58,718 nt of DNA, taken from positions 1 to 58,718 of the forward strand of contig JACRCC010000037.1 in NCBI GenBank assembly GCA_016234405.1, read 5' to 3'. Both the position numbers and the translations under genes were made by a program. The notes beneath the pieces are model-generated. The model was not told where the DNA came from, did no database searches, and was given only the letters and a program-made list of their open reading frames with translations. The DNA is from Deltaproteobacteria bacterium. Its GTDB lineage: Bacteria; Desulfobacterota; GWC2-55-46. Positions within the stretch are counted from its first letter, which is position 1, and every line of letters begins with the position of its first letter. Below are positions 9,878 to 19,933 of this stretch, one piece after another.

Positions 9878-10425
9878 AAAGGGAGCTTGGGCGGCCATGT
9901 AACTTCCATGAGTGTAGCAAGCAAACATTTACGTTGATCGAGTGTATAGCCTTTCCACTTACTACGAGGGAGGTCATCATTTTTTGCAAATATAAACCGC
10001 CATTTTTCTTCAAAAGCAAAAAGATTTACAGCAAGCAAATCGAACTCGCCTGTTACAAGACAAATTGTGCTTAGCACCTCACCGTTTGGTAAATGAACGG
10101 GGCGCTTATCGCTGGCATCCACTTGGGTTTTACCATACCAAGTGCCGTCATCCAATCTTCGAACGGTATTTGTTTGAAGCGACTTAACCTCGATTACTAT
10201 ATCTACACCTTTGTAAACGATATGCCTATCTCCTTTCTTTGACCGATCGTGGTCGTCGGCTTTTGCAACCCTTAAGATTCCAGCATGCCCAAGGAACATG
10301 TCTTGGAATTTCTTTTCAGCTACATAGCCGAGCAACACTCCTCTGAGACTGGGATTGTTCTCAACGAGAGAGGTCAACTCATCTGCCGTTATCTGCCACT
10401 TATCAAGTATTGTTTTTTGTATCAA
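9820..10425 (-). CDS. Putative type II restriction endonuclease (PD-(D/E)xK)
   Basis: GYVAE...KGD...IEVKS catalytic pattern. Downstream of an XRE gene and convergent with the MTase. Confidence 0.7.
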   Translation of the reverse strand: MIQKTILDKWQITADELTSLVENNPSLRGVLLGYVAEKKFQDMFLGHAGILRVAKADDHDRSKKGDRHIVYKGVDIVIEVKSLQTNTVRRLDDGTWYGKTQVDASDKRPVHLPNGEVLSTICLVTGEFDLLAVNLFAFEEKWRFIFAKNDDLPRSKWKGYTLDQRKCLLATLMEVTWPPKLPFYEDPFPLLDTFVRDRKCR

Positions 10426-10657
10426 GCTTTTCGAGTTCCTTTAAAATTTTATACGGTTCTATCCCTAACACCCTTGTTACCTCCAAGAATTCTACAACAT
10501 CAAGTCTTCTCTCTCCGCGCTCATATTTGGAAACGTATGACTGTAGTTTTCCGAGTTTCGTAGCAACGTCAACTTGTGTTAAACCCTTTTTTTCACGGGT
10601 CTTAATCAACCGTGTTCGAAGCAGGTTATAAGAATCTGAGAATATGGATTTACTCAT
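10403..10657 (-). CDS. XRE-family HTH protein, probable R-M controller (C protein)
   Basis: GLTQVDVATKLGKLQSYVSKYERGERRLDVVEF. Overlaps the start of the nuclease gene. Confidence 0.8.
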   Translation of the reverse strand: MSKSIFSDSYNLLRTRLIKTREKKGLTQVDVATKLGKLQSYVSKYERGERRLDVVEFLEVTRVLGIEPYKILKELEKLDTKNNT

Positions 10658-10665
10658 AGGAGCAC

Positions 10666-10705
10666 ATTATATAACCTAATACAGAATAACCCAAAACAGG
10701 TTTAT
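10666..10705 (-). promoter_or_regulatory. Leaderless promoter and tandem C-box-like operators
   Basis: TATAAT on the minus strand (10666-10671), 8 nt before the ATG. ATAACC half-sites at 10671 and 10686 (15-bp period). AATAACC-N7-GGTTTAT at 10685-10705. Confidence 0.7.
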
Positions 10706-10813
10706 AAAATCTGCATGGACTTGCAGTGATATGCAGACGCGATGAGACCGCACCACTTATAACATCCGCCCCCCGCCCTTGACTTACTCATGCAAACGGT
10801 TTATTATCCGGCC

Positions 10814-11674
10814 ATGAGGATTAAAAAAGCGGTTTTCCCGGCCGCCGGGTTCGGCACCCGCTTCCTGCCGGCCACAAAGGCCATCCCGAAAGAGATGCTC
10901 CCGCTCGTTGACAAGCCGCTCATCCAGTATTCGGTGGAAGAGGCAAAGGCTTCGGGCCTCGAAGACATAATCATCGTAACGGGCATGGGCAAGACCGCCA
11001 TAGAAGACCACTTCGACACCTCTTTTGAATTGGAGATACTCCTTGAGGAGCGCGGGAAAATTGACCTATTGAGCCTCATGCAGGACGTATCGAACATGGT
11101 GCACTTTTCCTACACCCGCCAGAAAAAACCTTTGGGCCTCGGACACGCCATAGGCATCACTAAAAACCTCATAAACGACGAGCCGTTTGCAGTTTTTTTG
11201 GGCGATGATATAATCGACTCGAAGGTGCCGGCCATGCGGCAGATGATAGACGTTTACGACAGGTTCGGCGGAAGCGTCTTAGCCGTGCAGAAGGTGGCCA
11301 AGACTCAGACTCATTTATATGGCATAATAAAAGGCGAACGGGTCGGCCCGCGTGTATATAGGGTCCTCGACCTCGTTGAAAAGCCCAAAGCCGCGCCGCC
11401 CTCGGACATGGCCATAATCGGCAGATATATCCTCACGCCGGAGATATTCGGCGCCCTTGACGCGACGAAGCCCGGCAAGGGCGGGGAGATACAACTCACG
11501 GACGCGCTAAAAATACTCCTTAAAAAACAGGCCATCTACGCCTGCGAGTTCGAGGGCACAAGGTACGACGCCGGAGACAAACTCGGATTCCTTCAGGCCA
11601 ACATCGCATTTGCGCTCAAACGCCCGGATATGAGGAACGATTTGAAGAGATTCCTCAAAGGACTCAAGCTGTAA
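10814..11674 (+). CDS. galU: UTP-glucose-1-phosphate uridylyltransferase
   Basis: KAVFPAAGFGTRFLPATKAIPKEMLP, VEKP and GEIQLTDAL. Confidence 0.97.
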   Translation: MRIKKAVFPAAGFGTRFLPATKAIPKEMLPLVDKPLIQYSVEEAKASGLEDIIIVTGMGKTAIEDHFDTSFELEILLEERGKIDLLSLMQDVSNMVHFSYTRQKKPLGLGHAIGITKNLINDEPFAVFLGDDIIDSKVPAMRQMIDVYDRFGGSVLAVQKVAKTQTHLYGIIKGERVGPRVYRVLDLVEKPKAAPPSDMAIIGRYILTPEIFGALDATKPGKGGEIQLTDALKILLKKQAIYACEFEGTRYDAGDKLGFLQANIAFALKRPDMRNDLKRFLKGLKL

Positions 11675-11678
11675 AAAC

Positions 11679-11760
11679 GTTATCTGTTATCGGTTAACGG
11701 TTATCGGTGAAGGTGAAAAGACGTTTTTCTTAAGAACGAAAACACATCAACCGATAACCG
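11679..11760. repeat. Heptamer tandem/inverted repeat element
   Basis: GTTATCT GTTATCG GTTAACG GTTATCG on the left and the inverted AACCGATAACCG on the right. Confidence 0.65.
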
Positions 11761-11769
11761 CCTTTAACT

Positions 11770-12216
11770 ATGGCCAAGATATCCAAAAAAAACTCGCGCA
11801 ACCCGCAAGACGCGGTCCCGGACGAGATATCCTTCGGCGGGTTTGCCGAGGGCGGGATACTCTCCCCCTCCGAACCCATGACGCAGGCCCCGAGCGTTGA
11901 CGTCTACTCCACCCCGGCGGAGATAATCGTCGAGGTGGAGGCCCCGGGCGTCAAAAGAGACGACTTGGACATATCCTTCTATAAAGACACCCTTACCGTA
12001 AAGGGCGTGAAGCGCGAGTGCATGGACGATGGCAAGGTCAACTACGTCTGCATGGAGAGGTCTTTCGGCAGGATATTCAGAACTATAGAGATGCCTTTTC
12101 CGGTGGACTCGTCGCGGATAAAGGCGTCATACAAAAACGGGATCCTCACCGTTAGGGTGCCGAGGGTCGAGGACAAAAGATGCGTAACGCGCAAGGTGCC
12201 GGTCGAGCCGCTGTAG
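11770..12216 (+). CDS. Hsp20/alpha-crystallin small heat-shock protein
   Basis: PSVDVY...EAPGV...ERSFGRIFR...ASYKNGILTVRVP. Confidence 0.92.
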   Translation: MAKISKKNSRNPQDAVPDEISFGGFAEGGILSPSEPMTQAPSVDVYSTPAEIIVEVEAPGVKRDDLDISFYKDTLTVKGVKRECMDDGKVNYVCMERSFGRIFRTIEMPFPVDSSRIKASYKNGILTVRVPRVEDKRCVTRKVPVEPL

Positions 12217-12272
12217 CGCCGGACGCCGGTAAAAAGACTGCCTGCAAAATATCACTTTAAAGGAACCTGAAA

Positions 12273-14717
12273 ATGGCGGAAGAAAAAAAGACACACGAAG
12301 AAGAAACGCTCAACATCCCCGACGTGCTGCCGCTTCTGCCGGTGCGCGACGTAGTCATCTTCCCGTTCATGATAGTCCCCCTCTTCGTGGGCAGGGAACG
12401 CTCCATCGGCGCGGTTGACGCGGCGCTTTCAAAAGACAGGCTGATATTCGCCGCGACGCAAAAGGACGTCTCAAAGGAAGACCCTGACCCCGCTGACCTC
12501 TACACCTCCGGCACCGTGTGCATGATAATGCGGATGCTCAAACTCCCGGACGGCAGGGTAAAGATTCTGGCGCAGGGGCTTGCGCGCGCGCGGATAAACT
12601 CCTTCACGCAGACAAAACCCTCCTACACCGTAAACGTCGGCAGGGTGAAAGAGTCCGCGGTCGAGAAGGCGCCTCTCGAAGTCGAGGCCCTCATGCGCAC
12701 CGTAAAGGAAGAGCTCGAAAAACTCTCCACTTACGGCAAGGTGGTCTTTCAGGAAGTGATGATGGTCCTCGAAAACATTCAGGACCCCGGGCGCATGGCC
12801 GACCTCGTGGCCGCGAACCTCGGACTCAAGATCGAAGAGGCGCAGACCATCCTCGAAAACCTCGACCCCATAAAACGCCTGCAGGCCGTCAACGAGTATT
12901 TAGTCAGGGAACTTCAGGTCGCGCAGATGCAGATGAAGATCCAATCGCAGGCCAAAGAGGAGATGGACAAGTCCCAGCGCGAATACTATCTGCGCGAACA
13001 GATGCGCGCCATCAAAAACGAACTCGGCGACATGGAAGAGGCCGCCGAGGAAATGGATGAAATCAGGGACAAGGTAAAAAAGGCAAAGATGCCGGCCGAG
13101 GTGGACAAAGAGGCCAATAAACAGGTGGACAGGCTTGAGATGATGCACCCTGACGCGGCCGAGGCTGCGCTCATCAGGACTTATCTCGAGTGGCTCGTTG
13201 ACCTCCCGTGGGATAAGCAGACAAAGGACACGCTCGACATCGCAAAGGCCAAAGAGGTCCTCGACGCCGACCACTACGACCTTGAGAAGATAAAGGAAAG
13301 GATACTCGAATACTTGGCCGTAAGAAAACTCCAGAAAAAAACCAAAGGCCCGATACTCTGCTTTGTCGGCCCTCCGGGCGTGGGAAAGACCTCTCTTGGA
13401 AGGTCTATAGCGCGGGCAATGGGCAGAAAATTCGTCCGCATCTCGCTCGGCGGGATAAAAGACGAGGCCGAGATACGCGGCCACAGGCGTACTTACGTCG
13501 GCGCCCTGCCCGGCAGGATCATCCAGGGCATAAAACAGGCGGGCACCAATAACCCCGTGTTCATGATGGACGAGATAGACAAGATAGGCATGGACTTCAG
13601 GGGCGACCCGTCTTCGGCCCTGCTTGAAGTGCTCGACCCGGAACAGAACACCGCCTTCAGCGACCATTATTTGAACGTCCCCTTCGACCTATCGAAGGTC
13701 ATGTTCATCACGACGGCGAATATGTCGGACCCAATACCGGACGCGCTCCTTGACAGGATGGAGGTCATAAACCTGCCCGGTTATACGGAGGAAGAAAAGA
13801 TAGAAATCGCCAAAAAGTTCATCATACCGAGGCAGATACACGACCACGGGCTAAACAAAAAACTTGTCACCATCCCGGATAACGCCATAAGAAAGATCGC
13901 CTCGGAATACACGAGAGAGGCGGGGCTTAGAAACCTTGAGCGCGAGATAGCCTCGGTTTGCCGCAAGATAGCAAAAAAGGTCGCCTCAGGCAGCGCGGTA
14001 ACGACCACCGTAACGTCTGAATTGATACATGAATTCCTCGGCGTGCCCAAATTCCTGCCCGAGACCGAGCAGGAGAGCGACGACGTGGGCGTGGCAACCG
14101 GACTTGCGTGGACGCCGGTGGGAGGAGAGATACTCCACATAGAGGCCACCATAATGCCCGGCAAGGGGCAGCTGACCCTCACCGGACATCTCGGCGACGT
14201 AATGAAGGAGAGCGCGCACGCGGCCTTGAGCTATGCGCGCAGCAGGGCCGAGGAATTAAGCCTCCCGCCGGATTTTTACAAGGACGTGGACATACACATA
14301 CACGTCCCGTCAGGGGCAATCCCCAAAGACGGCCCGTCGGCCGGGATAACCATGGCTACGGCCTTGATATCCGCCCTGAGTAAGATTCCGGCAAACAAGG
14401 AAATCGCCATGACGGGCGAGATAACGCTTCGCGGACGGGTCCTGCCGGTCGGGGGCATAAAGGAAAAATCCCTTGCTGCGCTGCGCGCCAAGATGAAAGC
14501 CGTCATTATACCGGAGCGCAATAAAAAAGACCTCGAGGAGATACCCAAAGACATCAGGGACAAGATGCGGTTCATCCCGGTAAAACACATGGACGAAGTC
14601 TTAAAGATTATATTCGCCAAGAAAAAAAACGAGAACCCCCCCCAAAAAAACCCCGGAAGCCGGAGGCAAAAACCGGTCAGCGCAGGTCTCGGAAGAAAGG
14701 CGCACATACGGCCGTAA
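12273..14717 (+). CDS. lon: ATP-dependent protease Lon
   Basis: LON N domain, GPPGVGKTS Walker A and PKDGPSAG catalytic Ser. Confidence 0.98.
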   Translation: MAEEKKTHEEETLNIPDVLPLLPVRDVVIFPFMIVPLFVGRERSIGAVDAALSKDRLIFAATQKDVSKEDPDPADLYTSGTVCMIMRMLKLPDGRVKILAQGLARARINSFTQTKPSYTVNVGRVKESAVEKAPLEVEALMRTVKEELEKLSTYGKVVFQEVMMVLENIQDPGRMADLVAANLGLKIEEAQTILENLDPIKRLQAVNEYLVRELQVAQMQMKIQSQAKEEMDKSQREYYLREQMRAIKNELGDMEEAAEEMDEIRDKVKKAKMPAEVDKEANKQVDRLEMMHPDAAEAALIRTYLEWLVDLPWDKQTKDTLDIAKAKEVLDADHYDLEKIKERILEYLAVRKLQKKTKGPILCFVGPPGVGKTSLGRSIARAMGRKFVRISLGGIKDEAEIRGHRRTYVGALPGRIIQGIKQAGTNNPVFMMDEIDKIGMDFRGDPSSALLEVLDPEQNTAFSDHYLNVPFDLSKVMFITTANMSDPIPDALLDRMEVINLPGYTEEEKIEIAKKFIIPRQIHDHGLNKKLVTIPDNAIRKIASEYTREAGLRNLEREIASVCRKIAKKVASGSAVTTTVTSELIHEFLGVPKFLPETEQESDDVGVATGLAWTPVGGEILHIEATIMPGKGQLTLTGHLGDVMKESAHAALSYARSRAEELSLPPDFYKDVDIHIHVPSGAIPKDGPSAGITMATALISALSKIPANKEIAMTGEITLRGRVLPVGGIKEKSLAALRAKMKAVIIPERNKKDLEEIPKDIRDKMRFIPVKHMDEVLKIIFAKKKNENPPQKNPGSRRQKPVSAGLGRKAHIRP

Positions 14718-14803
14718 CGGCCGTGAAGCGTGAATCGTGAAACGTGATAACGATGCTTCGCTTTACACGTCTCGCAAATCACGCCTCACGATTCACGCTA
14801 TTA
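14715..14803. repeat. Heptamer palindromic element (TAACGGCCGTGA family)
   Basis: Begins at the lon TAA stop. CGTGAAN units, then inverted TCACG units. Confidence 0.75.
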
Positions 14804-14806
14804 AAA

Positions 14807-15838
14807 ATGCTCATCAAGGACCTCGGCGAGGAACGCCTGATAAAATACCTCTCCAAGAGGTTCACCCAACGCCACCCGCGTCTCATAAAGGCGATAGGCG
14901 ATGACGCGAGCGTAACCGTCCAAAGGGGCGGCTGGGCGCTCCTTTCGACCACCGACGTCCTCATCGAGGGAGTGCACTTCAAAAAAGGCCGAACCCCCGC
15001 ATATCTACTCGGAAAAAAGGCGCTCGCAATATCCCTTTCCGATATCGCGGCCATGGGGGGAAACCCCCTTTTTTACCTCGTCTCCATAGCCGTGCCGCCC
15101 GATACGCCGGTGAGATTTCTTACGGACGTCTATAGGGGCATGTATGAACGCGCCAAAAAATGCGGGGCATTTCTCGCCGGAGGAAATACGGCAAGGCTGC
15201 CCGGCAGAATTGTAATTGAAACGACCGTAATCGGCGAGGCGCAAAAAAATCGGGTCGTTTACAGGGCAGGGGCCAAAAAAGGCGATATGATATTCCTGAC
15301 CGGGGCAGCTGGCGACTCGGCGCTCGGTCTCCTTGAATTGAAACGCAGGGACAAGGGCGCGTTAAAGGGGCCTTTTAAGAAATTGGCATTGAGGCACCTC
15401 GACCCTGAGCCGAGGTTGGAGGCCGGGGCAGCGCTCGGCGCGCAGGGGCTTATCTCCTCGATGATTGACGTAAGCGACGGCGTGCTCCTTGACCTGAAAC
15501 GCCTTTGCGCGGCAAGCGGCGTGAGCGCGGCCATTGACATCGCGTGCCTGCCTATCTCGAAAGAATTCAAAAGATACGAGGCACAAAGACGCAGGTCTTT
15601 CGCAACGCTTGCGCTCATTGGCGGCGAAGACTACGAGCTGCTCTTCACGGCGCGTCCTGAAAACGAGGCCCGCGTCATGAGAGCGGCATCAGGATTGAAG
15701 CTGAGGATTACAAAAATAGGCGCGATAACCGGCGGCCCGCGCACCCGTGTAAAGGTATTTGGAGCCGATGGAAAGGCCGTAAAGACAAAGTCCTCCGGCT
15801 ATCTTCACTTCCGGCCTCCGCTGCGCGCGATGACATGA
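14807..15838 (+). CDS. thiL: Thiamine-monophosphate kinase
   Basis: GEERLI, IGDDA, EGVHF, LSDIAAMGG, IDVSDG and GGEDYELLFT. Confidence 0.95.
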   Translation: MLIKDLGEERLIKYLSKRFTQRHPRLIKAIGDDASVTVQRGGWALLSTTDVLIEGVHFKKGRTPAYLLGKKALAISLSDIAAMGGNPLFYLVSIAVPPDTPVRFLTDVYRGMYERAKKCGAFLAGGNTARLPGRIVIETTVIGEAQKNRVVYRAGAKKGDMIFLTGAAGDSALGLLELKRRDKGALKGPFKKLALRHLDPEPRLEAGAALGAQGLISSMIDVSDGVLLDLKRLCAASGVSAAIDIACLPISKEFKRYEAQRRRSFATLALIGGEDYELLFTARPENEARVMRAASGLKLRITKIGAITGGPRTRVKVFGADGKAVKTKSSGYLHFRPPLRAMT

Positions 15839-15950
15839 TTTTATCCGCGTAATCAAATATTTAACTGGGCGTTGTCCCGTTAACATGGTTGACTTTAGTT
15901 TGAAACAATCTTAGAATAGACGCGTAAATAACACAGGAAGGGCTAAAAAA

Positions 15951-17219
15951 ATGAACGTCCGTATACCCGTTGGATACAAATTCATTTTCGGGTTCATCGC
16001 GGTTGTGGCGGCCGCGGCCTTTGTCCCGGATATAATCGAACGGTTCGACATAATAGAGTGGCTCAAAAAACCCGTGAGTTTCCTCACGGCCATGATCATC
16101 GGCCTCATACTCGGCTCGCTCTTCGCGCGGAGCTTCACCAAACACTTCAGCTTCCTTTCAAACGTCGCCCGCAAGATCAGCCAGGGGGATCTCACCTACG
16201 ACGCATCCATCAGACATCGCGCCCAGTTATTCACGGACGAGACCACCGACCTGGAAGAGTCCATATCCATAATGTCCGACAGCCTGCGCGCCCTCGTCGA
16301 GCACATGAAAGAGACCGTTGAGAATTTGAGCGGGGCGCAAACCATGTTCAGCGCGATAATCGAAAAAAACAAGGAATCTTCCAAAGAGGTTAAAACCGGC
16401 ACCAAAAATATATACGACGGGGCGCTCGCGCAGTCCACCCACATGGGCAACGCCTCTAACGCGGTAAAGTCCATGTCCGAGCTCGCCGACGACGTCGCGC
16501 AAAAGGTGACCGAAAACGCCAACGCCTCCCAGAAGGTAAATTCCATGGTCCAGCGCGGCTCCACCACCGCCACGTCGGTCATGGAAAAGATGGAGACCCT
16601 GTTCAAGGGCATAGAAAATACCGAGTCGGTCGCCATGCGCCTCAAGGATAAGATCAACGACATACCAAAGATACTCGACGTTATAACGCACATCTCCCGG
16701 CAGACCGACCTCTTGGCCTTGAACGCCACGATAGAGGCCTCGAAGGCCGGCGAGCACGGCAGGGGTTTTGCCATGGTGGCCGAAGAGGTGCGCAGATTCG
16801 CGGACAACACCAACGCGAGCGTTCAGGACGTATCCCTCATCGTAAAGGAACTGAAGCTCGAGGTCGAGCGCGTGGTGTCTTCCGCAAGCGAAGGGACGTC
16901 TTATCTGAAAGACGGCAGGGACGACCTCAGAAAGATACGCGAGATACTCGTTGACATCACCAACTACACCGCCGAGGTGGCCGAGAGGGGCACCACGATA
17001 CTCTCCCTCACGCACAGGCAAAAAGAAAAGGCCGAAAAGACCGTGGACACCATCGCCGACGTGGCCGGCATCGCCAAGGAAAACCTCGGCAGCACGGAAA
17101 AGGTCGAGGCCGCCGTGGCAAGGCACGGCTCCGCGTTGGAGGAGACTATCGCGGCCTCCAAGAAACTCTCTGAGCTTTCAAGCGAGCTTAAGGCCGTGGT
17201 CTCGAAGTTCAACCTTTAA
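15951..17219 (+). CDS. Methyl-accepting chemotaxis protein lacking a periplasmic sensor (DifA-like)
   Basis: Two adjacent TM helices with a very short loop, a HAMP domain and QTDLLALNATIEASKAGEHGRGFAMVAEEVR. Confidence 0.92.
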   Translation: MNVRIPVGYKFIFGFIAVVAAAAFVPDIIERFDIIEWLKKPVSFLTAMIIGLILGSLFARSFTKHFSFLSNVARKISQGDLTYDASIRHRAQLFTDETTDLEESISIMSDSLRALVEHMKETVENLSGAQTMFSAIIEKNKESSKEVKTGTKNIYDGALAQSTHMGNASNAVKSMSELADDVAQKVTENANASQKVNSMVQRGSTTATSVMEKMETLFKGIENTESVAMRLKDKINDIPKILDVITHISRQTDLLALNATIEASKAGEHGRGFAMVAEEVRRFADNTNASVQDVSLIVKELKLEVERVVSSASEGTSYLKDGRDDLRKIREILVDITNYTAEVAERGTTILSLTHRQKEKAEKTVDTIADVAGIAKENLGSTEKVEAAVARHGSALEETIAASKKLSELSSELKAVVSKFNL

Positions 17220-17298
17220 CGGCCGTGAATCGTGAGACGATAACGTCCGTGAAACGACTCACGGTTCACGATTCACGGCTCACGATTCACGGCCGTTA
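17217..17298. repeat. Heptamer palindromic element with perfect 20-bp terminal inverted repeats
   Basis: TAACGGCCGTGAATCGTGAG ... CTCACGATTCACGGCCGTTA. Begins at the MCP TAA stop. Confidence 0.85.
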
Positions 17299-17303
17299 TA
17301 TAT

Positions 17304-17753
17304 ATGACCGGAGACAAACTCGTAATAGCCCTTAAAGACATTAGCGTTGCGCTGGGCACAAAGACCGTAGCCGGCATAGTCTCGGCTGAGAAGACCTCGT
17401 TCGTCCCGGGTTCCCGCGGGTTCATAAACGGCGTCATCAGTCTGCGGGGCGAGCCGGTCGCGGTGGTGAGCCTCGGAAGGGCCTTCGGGCAGGACGCGCA
17501 GTACGGCGCGCCGGGGCTGCACAAGATAATCGTCGTAAGGGACAAGGCGCGCATACTCGGCCTTGACATCGGCTCATCCGACGTCACGTTTATATGGGAT
17601 GAGGAGATAAAAGACGCCGTAACAAGGCCGCCGGAGATGAAGTTCACAAAGGGCGTCATCGAGTTCAACGAATGGAAGCTGCACCTCCTCGACTGGGAGG
17701 GGCTCTTCGCGGAGGCAACCGGGATGCTTTCAACTGACGGCGCGCATGTCTAA
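17304..17753 (+). CDS. cheW: CheW-like coupling protein
   Basis: VPGSRGFINGVISLRGEPVAVVSL. Lies between the MCP and cheY. Confidence 0.82.
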   Translation: MTGDKLVIALKDISVALGTKTVAGIVSAEKTSFVPGSRGFINGVISLRGEPVAVVSLGRAFGQDAQYGAPGLHKIIVVRDKARILGLDIGSSDVTFIWDEEIKDAVTRPPEMKFTKGVIEFNEWKLHLLDWEGLFAEATGMLSTDGAHV

Positions 17754-18102
17754 AACGGTGCTCATAGCCGACGACCTCCCGTTTTTCAGGGTCGCGCTCA
17801 AGGATATACTCATGAAGGGCGGCTATGAAGTGGTGGGTGAGGCGACAAACGGGGTTGAGGCCGTTGAAAAGGCCAAGTCGCTCCTGCCGGACATCATCAT
17901 CCTTGACGTGGTCATGCCCGTGAAGACGGGCTTGGATGCGGCAAAGGAAATACGCCTCTTGAGGCTCCAGGCAAAGGTCGTGATGTGCTCCAGTCTCGGC
18001 AACGAGGCGATAGTGGACGAGGCGCTCAAATCCGGCGCATGCGCCTACATCCTCAAACCCCTTAACGAACAGACCGTGCTGAGCACGCTGGAAAGGCTTT
18101 AG
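17746..18102 (+). CDS. cheY: CheY-like single-domain response regulator
   Basis: VLIADD, ILDVVMP phosphoacceptor and YILKP. Confidence 0.9.
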   Translation: MSKTVLIADDLPFFRVALKDILMKGGYEVVGEATNGVEAVEKAKSLLPDIIILDVVMPVKTGLDAAKEIRLLRLQAKVVMCSSLGNEAIVDEALKSGACAYILKPLNEQTVLSTLERL

Positions 18103-18186
18103 GGGAGCGGGAGGTAGGAGGTGGGATGTGGGGCGTAGGATGTGGGGCGTGGTAAAGACTTTACTACCTCCCGCCTCCTACCCCCC
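18103..18186. repeat. G-rich heptamer palindromic element (GTGGTAAAGA/TTTAC core)
   Basis: GGAGGTA/GGAGGTG/GGATGTG/GGGCGTA units, then inverted C-rich units. Sibling at 34095-34220. Confidence 0.7.
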
Positions 18187-18196
18187 TTTTTCAAAC

Positions 18197-19906
18197 ATGG
18201 ACACCTCAAAATACAAAGCGCTCTATCTTCAGGAGGCCGGGGAGCACGTCGCCGGCATCGAGCAGGGACTCCTTGCCCTTGAGAAAAACCTCGCGGACTC
18301 CGCTACGGTTGACGCGCTCTTCAGGCACTACCACTCGATAAAAGGCATGTCCGCCTCCATGGGCTACGTCCCGATTCAGAAACTCGCCCATGCCCAGGAA
18401 GACCTGCTCGACAATATCCGCTCGAAAAAACTCAGCCCCGCGCCGGGGATAACGAATACGCTTTTCGAATGCCTCGACGCCATGAAGGGCCTCATAAGAA
18501 AGGTCGAGGAGGATTCCCCGCTGGGTGACGACGTCGCCCCTTTCGCGGCGAAGATAAAGGCGGTCATGGAAGCGGCGTCAAGCGCCCCAGAAGGGGGCGC
18601 TTCCACCTTGCCGCCTCAGGCAAAAGAGGCCGCCGTTGCTCAGCCTTCCGCGCCCGCAGGAATTGCAAGCACGGCGGATCTGAAGCTCTCCCACGTGATG
18701 AAGGTCGAGGGCCGGGTCTTCGACGAGCTGCTTAGCTGCGTCGGAGACCTTGTAATGGCGCTTTCCTCGTTCAAGACCCTGACCCAGATGTCCCGCTCCG
18801 TGGAGTTCAAGGACGGCATCCACACGCTCGGCAAGGCGATAGCCGCCCTGCACGGCAACATCCTTTCGGCCCGGATGCTCCCCATCTCAGACCTCACCGA
18901 GGGGCTGCCGAGGGTGATACGCGACATATCGCAGAGAAGCGGAAAGGAGGTCTCCCTCAAGATAGAAGGGGCCGAGCTGAAACTCGACCGCGCGATTCTC
19001 GAAGGCCTCGGCTCCCCGCTCGTGCATATTATCAGAAATGCAGTAGACCACGGCATCGAATCAATGGCAGAGCGCGAAAAAGCCGGAAAACCGCGCGAAG
19101 GGACTATCATCATAAAGGCATACCGCAGAAGGGAGCGCGTCATCATCGAGGTCTCGGACGACGGCAAGGGCATTAACGTCGAGAAGATAAAAAAGAAGGC
19201 CATCGCCGCCGGAATAGCCGAGGGCAAGGTCTCCTCCATGACCGACAAAGAGGCATGGATGTTGGTCTGTCTGCCGGGCGTTACGAGCGCGGATACCGTG
19301 ACGGACACGTCGGGCAGGGGCGTGGGCATGGACGTCGTTAAGGGCGTGATTGACGGCCTCGGCGGCTTCCTTGAAATTGAGAGCGCGCCGGGCGCGGGCA
19401 CGCGCATAATACTCGAGCTGCCGCTTACCACCGCAATTATAAAAACCCTTCTCGTGGCCGTCAAAGACGAGATATTTCTCCTGCCCCTTGCAAGGATAGA
19501 GCGCGTCATCGAGGTTTCCTGTGACTCCATCTCCTCCGGCGTCTACAAATACGGCGACGCTGACGTGCCGGTGGTGCCGCTTGGAGCGGCGCTGGGCATG
19601 AGCGAAGGCCCTGACAGGGACAAATACACGCTCATAATCGTCGAGACGAAAAACATGTCCTCGCGCGCTCCCCGATTAAATCACTCGGGGACAAGCTTAA
19701 GCGGGGAAGGGACGGAATCGCCGGAAGCCTCGGGCCGCACTGCCCTGAGAGTTGACGCGTTCGGAGACGAAATAGACGCATACGTAAAACCGCTCCTGCC
19801 CCCCATAGCGAAATTGTGGGGGGTCTCCGGCATAACCGTGATGGGCGACGGCAGGGCCGTATTTCTGGTGGACGTCGGCCAGATCACGTCAAACGCCGTA
19901 AAATAA
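18197..19906 (+). CDS. cheA: Chemotaxis histidine kinase CheA (no P2 domain evident)
   Basis: Hpt FRHYHSIKGMS, HIIRNAVDHGIE, SGRGVGMDVV and a C-terminal CheW domain. Confidence 0.95.
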   Translation: MDTSKYKALYLQEAGEHVAGIEQGLLALEKNLADSATVDALFRHYHSIKGMSASMGYVPIQKLAHAQEDLLDNIRSKKLSPAPGITNTLFECLDAMKGLIRKVEEDSPLGDDVAPFAAKIKAVMEAASSAPEGGASTLPPQAKEAAVAQPSAPAGIASTADLKLSHVMKVEGRVFDELLSCVGDLVMALSSFKTLTQMSRSVEFKDGIHTLGKAIAALHGNILSARMLPISDLTEGLPRVIRDISQRSGKEVSLKIEGAELKLDRAILEGLGSPLVHIIRNAVDHGIESMAEREKAGKPREGTIIIKAYRRRERVIIEVSDDGKGINVEKIKKKAIAAGIAEGKVSSMTDKEAWMLVCLPGVTSADTVTDTSGRGVGMDVVKGVIDGLGGFLEIESAPGAGTRIILELPLTTAIIKTLLVAVKDEIFLLPLARIERVIEVSCDSISSGVYKYGDADVPVVPLGAALGMSEGPDRDKYTLIIVETKNMSSRAPRLNHSGTSLSGEGTESPEASGRTALRVDAFGDEIDAYVKPLLPPIAKLWGVSGITVMGDGRAVFLVDVGQITSNAVK

Positions 19907-19933
19907 TCGAGTCCGTCTCCCATATATCCAAAC

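Noticed and set aside
14718-14806. Possible TPP riboswitch before thiL
   Set aside because: No TPP aptamer consensus (CTGAGA...) is present. The region is explained by the heptamer element.
14715-18186. Short periodic repeats considered as a CRISPR array
   Set aside because: The units are 7 bp with no unique spacers, and no cas genes are in the window.
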